A DNA stretch of 51,053 bases, from contig JAWSUI010000008.1 of NCBI GenBank assembly GCA_033551855.1, positions 1-51,053 of the forward strand. Reading direction: 5' to 3'. The notes beneath the pieces were generated by a model. That model ran no database searches and was not told the DNA's origin. It saw nothing but the letters and a program-made list of their open reading frames with translations. This document shows positions 30,588-39,300 of the stretch, one piece after another (position 1 is the first letter of the stretch; each line of letters starts with the position of its first letter). Source of the stretch: Deferrisomatales bacterium (GTDB taxonomy: Bacteria > Desulfobacterota > Deferrisomatia > Deferrisomatales > JACRMM01). The position numbers and the translations under genes were made by a program.

Positions 30588-31537
30588 GGGGTGCGGCGCA
30601 GGGCGTCGGCCCGGGCGTGCCGCACGGAGGCCGGCGCCAGGTCGGTCGCCTCCCTCTCCAGGTTGAGGAGGACTACGGAGCCGAGGACCAGCGCCCCTCC
30701 CGCCGCCTGGAGCGGCGACAGGGCCTCCCCCAGCAGGAGGAAGGCCAGGCCTCCGGCTGCGATGGGCTCCAGGGTGGCGGCGATGCTCGCGCGGGTCGAG
30801 CGGATGTGGTTGATCCCCACCAGGTAGAGCCCGAAGGGCAGCAGGGTGCCCGCCACCGCCACGTAGGCGATGGCCGCCCACTGGGCGGGGGTGTAGCGGG
30901 CCGTCAGGTAGTGGAAGGGCTCGTGCACCACGTGGAGGGTCGGTACGGCGAAGAGCAGGGCGTAGCAGAGCACCGCCCACGGAGAGTACCGGTGCATCCC
31001 CCGCTCCGACAGGAGCGAGTACGCGGCGAAGCACACGCCGGAGACGAGCCCCACGGTGACCCCTACGGCGTTGAGGCTCAGCAGGTTCAGGTCGTAGGCC
31101 CCCACGACCAGGTAGGCGCCCCCGAGGGCGGCGGCCAGGGCGGAGGCCTTGAGGGGCGTGACCCGCTCCCGCCAGAAGACGGCCGCGAACGCGGCGACCC
31201 ACAGCGGAGCGGTGTACTGGAGCAGGATGGCGGCCGCAACGTGGATGCGGCTGATCGCGAAGAAATAGGTGGCCTGCACGGCGGCAAGGACCACTCCACC
31301 CAGGACCGCGAAGTAGCCCAGGTCGCGAAGGCGCACCCGCAGGAGGCTGCGGTGCCGCAACCCCAGGGCGGCCAGGAGGAGACCCGCGGCGATCGTCACG
31401 CGCATCTGCACGAGGGCGAGGGGGGGAACCCCCTGCTCGAACAGGTGCTTGCCCGTCACTCCGGAGGAAGCCCAGAGGACGGCGGCCGCGGCTACGCTCA
31501 GGTAGCCGGCCGAGGAACCGGAGAGGCGGAAGGGCAC
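30584..31537 (-). CDS. EamA/DMT-family transporter
   Basis: AVLWASSG, AILLQYTAP, ASIAATLEP, LLGEALS; ~10 TM segments; start approximate. Confidence 0.88.
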   Translation of the reverse strand: MPFRLSGSSAGYLSVAAAAVLWASSGVTGKHLFEQGVPPLALVQMRVTIAAGLLLAALGLRHRSLLRVRLRDLGYFAVLGGVVLAAVQATYFFAISRIHVAAAILLQYTAPLWVAAFAAVFWRERVTPLKASALAAALGGAYLVVGAYDLNLLSLNAVGVTVGLVSGVCFAAYSLLSERGMHRYSPWAVLCYALLFAVPTLHVVHEPFHYLTARYTPAQWAAIAYVAVAGTLLPFGLYLVGINHIRSTRASIAATLEPIAAGGLAFLLLGEALSPLQAAGGALVLGSVVLLNLEREATDLAPASVRHARADALRRTP

Positions 31538-31635
31538 GAGGGCACCTCGAGGGGGGAAGAGGGGCGGCGCCCGATGGTAGTCCAGGGGGGAGCCGATTCC
31601 CACCGGAAACGACAACCTGGATCGGCTGGTCGGCC

Positions 31636-31677
31636 AGCGGAGTCCGGGAGCCCCTGCGTTTCGCCCCGCAATCCGCG
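31636..31677. repeat. Dispersed 42-bp repeat, copy A
   Basis: AGCGGAGTCCGGGAGCCCCTGCGTTTCGCCCCGCAATCCGCG; 2 mismatches versus 47059-47100. Confidence 0.85.
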
Positions 31678-31959
31678 GCAATTCGAAGAGGTGCCCCAGC
31701 AGTCTCCGGTGCGCCGGGCTTCACCCGCTTCCGCCGGCCTCGTCCGGTAGGTGGATGCGGTGCGGGGCTGCACTCCTGGGCTCCCGGACTCCACCCCACA
31801 ATCTGGTGGTGGATTCCGGACAATCAGCCCTTGTGCCTCCTTCGAAGGGCGGGGCGGGTTTACCGGGAGGGGTACCCGGTTTATCCTAACGGTCCGGGCG
31901 TCGCCCCTCGCGACGGGGCGGGAGCCCGGCCCCCGCAACCCGTGTGACGGAGGTGACCC

Positions 31960-32784
31960 CTGGCCCTGCCGATTCCCTGCCCCAACTGCCGCCGGTTCGT
32001 GCCCTCCGACACGGTCAACTGCCCCCACTGCGGGCTCCTGCGCCCGGCGGAGCGGTGGGGACGGCTCCTGTTCCGGATGGAGCCCGAGACCCTGGTGTGG
32101 GCTGTCATCTACACCAACGCTGCCCTGTACCTCCTCTCCCTCCTGCTGGTACCCCGGGGCGTGGGAATGGCGGCCAACCCCTTCGGGTTCCTCTCGCCCT
32201 CGAGCTCGTCGCTGCTGCTCCTGGGGGCGACGGGCACCATGCCCATCGACGCTCTGGGCCGCTGGTGGACGCTGCTCACCGCCAACTACCTCCACGGGGG
32301 GCTCCTCCACATCTTCTTCAACATGGCGGCCCTGCGCCAGCTCGGCCCCCTCATCGTCCGGGAGTACGGCCCCAGCCGGGCCGTGGCCCTGTACTCCCTC
32401 ACGGGGGTGGGAGGGTTCCTGGTTTCCTACGCCGCGCGGATCCCCTTCACCATCGGCGCCTCGGCCGCGGTCTGCGGGCTCATCGGCGCGGCCCTCTACT
32501 ACGGACGGAGCCGGGGGGGCGTCTACGGGAACGCCGTGTTCCAGCAACTCGGGGGCTGGGCCCTCGGGATCTTCCTCTTCGGGTTCCTGGTTCCCGGCAT
32601 CAACAACTGGGCCCACGGCGGGGGCTTGGCCGCGGGCTTCCTGCTGGGGCACCTGCTGGGGTACCAGGAGAGGGCGCGGGAGGCGGGGTGGCACCGGTGG
32701 CTGGCCGGGGGGTGCGCCGTCGCCACGGCCCTGGCGCTGGCCTGGGGGGTGGGCACGGCGCTGGTATTGCGGTTTCTCGGCTGA
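31960..32784 (+). CDS. Rhomboid-family intramembrane protease with N-terminal zinc ribbon (probable CTG start)
   Basis: YLHGGLLHIFFNM, GASAAVCG catalytic Ser, AHGGG His; CPNC...CPHC at the N-terminus. Confidence 0.88.
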   Translation: MALPIPCPNCRRFVPSDTVNCPHCGLLRPAERWGRLLFRMEPETLVWAVIYTNAALYLLSLLLVPRGVGMAANPFGFLSPSSSSLLLLGATGTMPIDALGRWWTLLTANYLHGGLLHIFFNMAALRQLGPLIVREYGPSRAVALYSLTGVGGFLVSYAARIPFTIGASAAVCGLIGAALYYGRSRGGVYGNAVFQQLGGWALGIFLFGFLVPGINNWAHGGGLAAGFLLGHLLGYQERAREAGWHRWLAGGCAVATALALAWGVGTALVLRFLG

Positions 32785-32819
32785 ACCGATGGATCAGGCC
32801 GGGTGCGGCCGAGCGGACG

Positions 32820-32852
32820 GCGCCCCTTGCACCGACGTGGTGCAAGGGGCGC
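32820..32852. terminator. Perfect 14-bp hairpin between convergent genes
   Basis: GCGCCCCTTGCACC-gacgt-GGTGCAAGGGGCGC; no U-tract. Confidence 0.55.
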
Positions 32853-32902
32853 GCGGCGATCCGGGGAAGCGGGTTCGGGGGGAGACGGTGTCTCCCGGCC
32901 GT

Positions 32903-33844
32903 TCAGCGGCCGGCGGGGACGATCTTCAGCGCACCTCGCCCTACGAATGCCGCATCCGCCTTGGTGGTCCCGGTCAGGACCCCCTCGAGGTCCCCCAGAG
33001 CAAAGCCGGCAGTGGGTCTGTCGAAGTGGCAGATCAGGTCGGGGATCCCGTCGCCGTTGAGATCTTCCCCCTGCGGGCCGTGGCGCCCCCTGTCGCCTTG
33101 GCACGAGAGGAAGCTCTCCTCGTCTCCACTTGCGCCGAAGCGAAGCGACTGCAGGTCGATGTCCAACGGGGAAAACCCGGGCGTGGAGAGGATCGCGACG
33201 GGCAGCCTCCCCTGGGCCTTCGGGTTGAAGGGCGCCAGCTCGGTGCTCCCGGGCTTGACGGAGATGGGTACGGTGAGGCGCTCCGAGGCCGTCCCGGAGA
33301 TGACGAGGTCGTAGTCTCCATTTCCAGAAGGAAATCCGTAATCCACCAGATGCCCATTGACGTCAAAGTATCTGGGGAGGCTACAGACCCCGATGATGTA
33401 GTTGCCGGTCCGGGGCGCGACGTAATCCTCGATCTTGGGGTCTTCGAGCGGCCCGAAGAGGGAACCCGCCACCCGGGCGATTTCGTAGGTCGAGGACACT
33501 GGGGACGATGCCGCGAGGGGAGCGAGCGCGGGTTGGAACAGGGCAATGGAAAGGCGGACCCGCTGGGCGCCACCCGCATAGCCGTTTTCGACCGCGATCG
33601 TCACCACGTCGTTGGCCTTGAGGAAGACTTGATAATAGTCCAGATCATCGACATAGGGGTTGGCGTTCAATTCCCCCATCACCGCCGTGACCCGGAGGAC
33701 TCCGCCGGGAGCTCCGAGCACCTGCGGGCTGGTCATTTCGTGGTTGGGTTCCCGTTCCGCAACGGTCCGGGTCGCGGCGGTCGCCGGGGTTGCGGCCAGC
33801 CAGAGCAGTGGGGCAAGCCCAAGGGGCAAGAAGCGGGTGCGCAT
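32903..33844 (-). CDS. Secreted protein with PPC-like beta-sandwich domain
   Basis: Signal peptide, EREPN...DDLDYYQV...DPKIEDY..TGNYIIGV; C-terminal ISVKPG...LPVAILS...DLNGDGIPDLICHF domain. Confidence 0.7.
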   Translation of the reverse strand: MRTRFLPLGLAPLLWLAATPATAATRTVAEREPNHEMTSPQVLGAPGGVLRVTAVMGELNANPYVDDLDYYQVFLKANDVVTIAVENGYAGGAQRVRLSIALFQPALAPLAASSPVSSTYEIARVAGSLFGPLEDPKIEDYVAPRTGNYIIGVCSLPRYFDVNGHLVDYGFPSGNGDYDLVISGTASERLTVPISVKPGSTELAPFNPKAQGRLPVAILSTPGFSPLDIDLQSLRFGASGDEESFLSCQGDRGRHGPQGEDLNGDGIPDLICHFDRPTAGFALGDLEGVLTGTTKADAAFVGRGALKIVPAGR

Positions 33845-33897
33845 GGTCTCGACCTCCTGTGTCGGTGCGGTGCCTCCGTGGCGCACCGACGAACGGA

Positions 33898-33913
33898 AGC
33901 AAAGCCCGTGCCT
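33898..33913 (-). promoter_or_regulatory. Sigma-54 -24/-12 promoter
   Basis: Minus strand aGGCACGGGCTTTGCt (GG-N10-GC), 54 nt upstream of the start. Confidence 0.7.
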
Positions 33914-34108
33914 CGGTCGGGGGAATCCAGACTGCCGAGGAGCGGCCCGAAGAAGCTCGTCTGCAGGGCTTTTTCAGATGGAGCCGGTGCGGGGAGAGCC
34001 CCGAGGGGGCGGGGCGGGTGACACGAAACGGCACCCCGGGTTACGGGTTGCGTCACCCCGAGGCCGCCCGTCCGGACCCCCGGCCGGGACGGCCGAGCCC
34101 GGGGCGGG

Positions 34109-34495
34109 CTACTTCACGTCGGCCTGCACCGTGTAGTATCGGGCCCTGTGGGTCGTCCCGATCCGGGGGTCGGTCCACTGGGTGGTCACCTCGATCCCCA
34201 CCACGATCCCCGGGATGCAGATCTCGCAGGTGTCGTCCACGGTCCAGGACCGGGAGAAGAGCCCTTCCGGGGTGTCGTTTCCCGGCTCGATGGCCGAGAA
34301 CTCCACGGCCCGGAGCTCCTCCAGCTTGTCCTGCGAGTAGGTCGCCGCCCGGGAGGTCATGTTCGCGAAGGCGTTGGCGCGCACCGTGTGCAGGAGCACC
34401 GGGATCATCCCGGCCAGGGCCACGGAGAGGACCACCACGGCGATGAGGACCTCGATCAGGGTGAAGCCGGCCGATGCCCTGGGGTGCTCCCTCAT
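34109..34495 (-). CDS. PilV-like minor pilin
   Basis: Prepilin motif AG|FTLIEVLIA. Confidence 0.85.
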   Translation of the reverse strand: MREHPRASAGFTLIEVLIAVVVLSVALAGMIPVLLHTVRANAFANMTSRAATYSQDKLEELRAVEFSAIEPGNDTPEGLFSRSWTVDDTCEICIPGIVVGIEVTTQWTDPRIGTTHRARYYTVQADVK

Positions 34496-35088
34496 TGCCA
34501 CTCCCCTCCCTGGTACCGTTCGATCCGCAGGTTCCCGGTGGCGGCGGTGACCAGCACGACCCGGCGGTTCCGGTCCGTTCGCCCGCCGGCGTCGGCGGCC
34601 GGCATGAGGTAGACGGCGCCGCTGCTGGTCGCCGCCCCCCGGGGCTGGAAGGCGACCGTGGCGCCTGCGAGGAAGTCCACCCCGGCGGCAGAGGCCGCCG
34701 CGCCGGCCCCCGCCGCGCTGGTGCCGAAGGCGATTCCCTTGTAGGTGTTCGCCAGGGTCGCCACCTTCAGCACGGTGTCGGTGCCCGGGTCGAAACTGTG
34801 ATTGGGGGGATCGGACCGGTCCAAGGCCACGACGTAGGTGCCCACAGCCGGGTTGCCGGCCGCGTCGGTGTGGAAGGCCACCACCGCGGGCACCCCCTTT
34901 TCGATCGCCGCGGTGCGCGCCTGGCGCAGGTCCGACAGCACCTCGCGGGCCGCCCCCGAGGCCCGAAGTCCCGGCAGGGTCCCCAGGAGGGCCGGGGCTC
35001 CGAGCCCCAGGAGGATGCCGATGATCGCCACGACGACCATCGCCTCGACGAGGGTGAAGCCGGCCCTGTTGCTCCGTTTTCTCCTCAT
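34492..35088 (-). CDS. FimT/FimU (GspH)-like minor pilin
   Basis: MRRKRSNRAG|FTLVEAMVV, DLRQARTAAI, FQPRG; ATGA overlaps on both sides. Confidence 0.85.
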   Translation of the reverse strand: MRRKRSNRAGFTLVEAMVVVAIIGILLGLGAPALLGTLPGLRASGAAREVLSDLRQARTAAIEKGVPAVVAFHTDAAGNPAVGTYVVALDRSDPPNHSFDPGTDTVLKVATLANTYKGIAFGTSAAGAGAAASAAGVDFLAGATVAFQPRGAATSSGAVYLMPAADAGGRTDRNRRVVLVTAATGNLRIERYQGGEWQ

Positions 35089-36356
35089 CTCGTCAGCACC
35101 CAATCCCGGAGCTCCACCTGCCCGTTCCGGGAGACCCGGGCCGTGATGTGGATCTCCTTGGCATCCCCGGTCCCCCGGCCCGACGACACGGACCGGAGCC
35201 GGTAGGCTCCAGGGGCCCCCGGCTCGGGGGAGACGTGGAGGGTCACGTCCCCGTAGTCGACACCCGCGGGCCCCTCGAGGCCGGCCCAGGAGCTCGGGGT
35301 GCCGGCCGCCGTCAGGGCGCTCTGCTCCACCAGCCAGGGGTTCGTGACGAGCTGGAAGGCCCCGCTGGCCGGGCTCCCGGCGAGCGCGAGCTCCATGTAG
35401 CGGGCCCCGCCGGCTGTGGTGCCATAGACGGTGGCGGTGACCTGCAGCAGGGCCCCGGAGCGGTCCCGAAGGAACCAGCCTTCGAAGGTCTCGCCGTTGT
35501 CCCGCCAGACGGGGTTGGGTCCCCCGGGGGCTCCGGCGTTGGTCTGTGGGTCTGCTTCGTAGAGTCGAAAGCTGCTGCCCCCGGCCTGGCTGGAGGGGGC
35601 GTTTACGGCGCCGGCCGCCCGCCAGATCTCGAAGGGGAAGTTCCCGACCGGCAGGGTGCCTGCGACCGTGAGGGTGTCTGCGGTGTTGCCGAGGACCTCG
35701 TACAGGACCGGGGGGGTGCCGCCCGGCAGACCCCTCTCGGAGACCAGGTAGCCCGCCCACATGCCGTCGGCCCACGCGGCTCCCGTGCGCAGGATCACGC
35801 TGGTGTTGGCCGCTTCCACCTCCCCCCACTCGTTGGCGAGCGCGACCACGTCCGCCCCGTCCAGCTCGAAGAACAGGGCGGCCCGGTCGGAGGCCGGGGC
35901 TTCCACGGGGCCCGTGCACTCCGTGATCCCGTAGGCGGTGTCGTTGCGCAGGATGCGGAAGAGGAGTCCCCGGCGGTCCACCAGGGTGAAGTTGGCCCAC
36001 TTGTCGGGAACGGCGCCCCAGAAGAGGCCGCCCCCGGCGTCCTTGAGGACCGCGGGCAGGCTGTCCTCGTCGAACTGGAACGAAAAGGTCGGGAAGGCGC
36101 CGTCACCGTCTCCCGCCCCCCAGCTCTTCACTGCCTCGTAGCGCGCCCGCTCGAGGCCGGCCTCGCAGAGGTAGAAGGCCTGCTTCGCGCCCCGATCGTG
36201 GGACGCGATCTTCACCTCGAGGGTGGAGGTTGCGATGCCGGCCACCGAGAGAATGGCGAGCATGGCCATGACGAGCATCGCGGCCACGAGCACCATCCCC
36301 GACTCGCCCTTCCGGTGCCGTCGGGGCAGGGCTCTGCCTGCTGGCTGGGGGCTCAT
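35085..36356 (-). CDS. PilX-like minor pilin with inserted repeats
   Basis: ESG|MVLVAAML (no Glu5), KQAFYLCEAGLE PilX N-terminal motif, YRLRSVS C-terminal strand. Confidence 0.8.
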   Translation of the reverse strand: MSPQPAGRALPRRHRKGESGMVLVAAMLVMAMLAILSVAGIATSTLEVKIASHDRGAKQAFYLCEAGLERARYEAVKSWGAGDGDGAFPTFSFQFDEDSLPAVLKDAGGGLFWGAVPDKWANFTLVDRRGLLFRILRNDTAYGITECTGPVEAPASDRAALFFELDGADVVALANEWGEVEAANTSVILRTGAAWADGMWAGYLVSERGLPGGTPPVLYEVLGNTADTLTVAGTLPVGNFPFEIWRAAGAVNAPSSQAGGSSFRLYEADPQTNAGAPGGPNPVWRDNGETFEGWFLRDRSGALLQVTATVYGTTAGGARYMELALAGSPASGAFQLVTNPWLVEQSALTAAGTPSSWAGLEGPAGVDYGDVTLHVSPEPGAPGAYRLRSVSSGRGTGDAKEIHITARVSRNGQVELRDWVLTR

Positions 36357-36366
36357 GGTCGTCTCC

Positions 36367-39300
36367 TCACGGGACGTTGATCACGGTGATCGTGACCGAC
36401 TGGGTTGCGGTCCGGTCTCCGCAGGTGCTGTGGGCGGTTGCAGTGAGCGTGTAGTCTCCGTTGGGCCACCCGCTCACGTCGCCCGGGTTCGCGAAGCAGT
36501 CGTCCGAGCCGAACCCGCAGTACTGCCACACCTGCTCCACGATCGGAGTGAAGCCGAGGGGTCTCGGGGAGATGTCGAAGACCACGCGGTCGATCTGGTC
36601 GAGCCCCGTCGCGCTGAGATTGTCATGGGGCGTGGCCATCCAGGGAAGGAGCGGCCCCCAGCTTCCGAGCAGGCCATAGCTGCCGGTGGAGTCGGGCCAG
36701 TCGATCCTCACAGCTGGTGCGGGGCAGTCCACCGAGACGGTGGTGTCGGCGAAGCAGTCCGAGCCGTCGGGGGACGTTGCACGGATCGTGGCCGTACCCG
36801 CGCCCACCGCGGTCACGAAGCCGGTCGAGGGGTCCACCGTCGCCACGGCCGGGTTGCTGGAGGACCAGGCGGCCGTCCCGCTCCCTCCGGTGAGGCTCAG
36901 CCCCAGGGTCTCTCCGACGCTCAGGGCGGGGGAGGCCGGCTCGATGGCCAGGGCCGGGCACACCACCGTTACGTTGGCTGTGAGGGGGCAGTTGGCCCCA
37001 GGCGGGCTGCGGGCCGTGATCGTCGCAGTGCCGGAGCTCACGCCGGTCACGGTCCCGGTGCCGCTCACCGTGGCCACGCCGGGGTTGCTGGAGCTCCAGG
37101 ACGTGTTGTTCTTGGCCCCGGTGAGCACGAGATCGACGCCCTGCCCGGTCTCGAGGGTGACGAGGGTCGGCGAGAGGCTCTGGTTGGGGCACGTCACCTG
37201 GAAGAGCAAGGTGTCCTGGCACCCGTTGGTCTGGTCCTCCGCGGTGAGGATCACGGGCCCGGCGGAGAGCCCCGTGAGGAAGCCCGTGGTGGAGTCGATC
37301 GATGCGTTGCCCTGGTCCGTGGACCACCGCACCGTCGCCCCGGGCTTTGCCTGGTAGGTGAGAGTGGTGGTTTCCCCGACCTCGATCGTCTGGGGGCTGG
37401 GCGCGACGATGCCGAAGACGCTGCAGGGGTCCACTACACTGAGCTCGGAGCGGGCGACGCAGTTGTTCTCGTCCACCCCGATGATCCGGGCGCGGCCCAG
37501 GACCTGGGCGGCGGTGACCACGCCGCCGGCGCTCACCGTCGCGACGGCAGGATCTTCACTCCGCCAGATCATCGTGCCGGTCTTGTTCAGGGCGTGGAGG
37601 GTCAGCACGTCGCCGGGGAAGATCGTCTTGGAGGACGGGGAGAGCTCCAGGGTGCAGCACTCGATGCACAGGTTGACGTTGTCCTGGGTGGAGTTCAGGA
37701 CGTAGTTGTACCAGATCTCGGGGGTTCCGCTGCCGCCGAACCCCCGCTCGGTGGTGATGGCGCCGTAGATCTTCGGGCTCCCGCCGAAGATGGCCTCCCC
37801 GTCCATGTAGATGCCGCCGTTGATGTTGATCCCGCTGAGCGTGAAGGTGGTGGGTTCGAAGCTCGGGTCCGGCCGGATGGGGAAGTCGTCCCGCGTCAGA
37901 ACCCAGGAGGGGTCCTCGATGAGGGGGTAGTAGGTCACGTCGTCGTAGATCGGGGGAGTCACCGCCTCGACGGACCTTCCCACCCCGCCGCCCTTGAAGT
38001 CCACGGAGCCGGCGATGTAGATGACGCCCTGGGTGTAGTTGGTCGAGAGTGAGAATTGGGGCAGCTGGTTGGTGGGCGTCGCGTCGATATCCGCGCCGGT
38101 GGTCGCGGGCCCCGGGTCCTGGGTCGCGTAGGTGTCGATGAAGATGTACTGGCCGTCGTAGTATTGGTTGACGCCGTTCACCACCGCGAGGCCGAGCACC
38201 GCGTCGAGGCTCGCCATCTGGCCGGTGGCCGGGTTGCGCAGCGTGCCGGCCGTGCGGCCGTATGCGTTGCCGGCTGCCAAGGTGTACCAGTAGGCGCCGC
38301 GGCCCTTGGCCAGGCTCTTCATGACGTCGTAGTCGAGCTCCCGGAGCATCTCGTTGATCTTGTCGCTGGGGAGGTTCCGGAAGTAGTTGCCGAAGGACTC
38401 CCCCTTCCCGATGATGTCCTCCCCGGGTGCCCCGGGGATGAACGGCCGGTCGATGGGGTGCGCCGGGTCCGGCTGGGAGATGGGGGTGTTGTTGTTCCGC
38501 AAGTAGTTCCCGGTGGAGAAGTCCTCCTCACCCGAGTCGGTCTTCTGTCGACCCACGTAGACGTTCACGAAGCGGTCCGTGTTCTTGGCCCCTGAGTAGC
38601 TGGCCCCGTCGAACTGGCCGGTCTCGCTCTGCTGGATGAACTTCGGCGTGGGGGCGAGCACGACGTTGCCCCGGATGACCACGTCCCCCCAGTGGATCTG
38701 GAAGTTGCCGCGCCACACACCCCCGCCCCCCGAGGTGATGGCGTTGGGGAAGCAGATGGGCAGCGGCGGTTGGAGCCGCACCAGCTTTTCGCAGTCGTGG
38801 TTCTTGAGGGGCAGCGGGGGCAGGGCGGGAGACGCCAGGTTGGCGACCCAGTTGTCGCTGGGGTCGTAGGGGTCCTTGTACCCCGCCAGGAGCTGCACGT
38901 TCGCCCCCGAGGGGTAGGTGAGGATTCCGTCGTGAAGGCTCACCGGGCCTTCCTCGATCCAGAGACCCCGCACCGACCGGAACAGGGTGGGCGGGTCCCC
39001 GGGGTTGGCGGGGGCCACGGGCTCCAGGTCCACGTCGACCCAGTCGAGCGTCCCGTCGTCGGCGATTAGGTGGACCCGGACGGCGTCGCGCAGGCGCCCT
39101 CCGGAGCCGGCGTACTGGCAGTCCTCCACCTCGAAGAAGAGCTCCGACATCCGGGACAGGCAGTTCTCGTCCCCGGGCTCGTTGCCGACCTTGCGGGAGA
39201 AGCCCGCGTCCGAATAGATCTCGAGGTTGCGGCACTGGGTGTTGACCGGGATCGCGACCCCGTTGGGGCAGGCCCAGAGGGGCTGGGTCGGACTCCTCGG

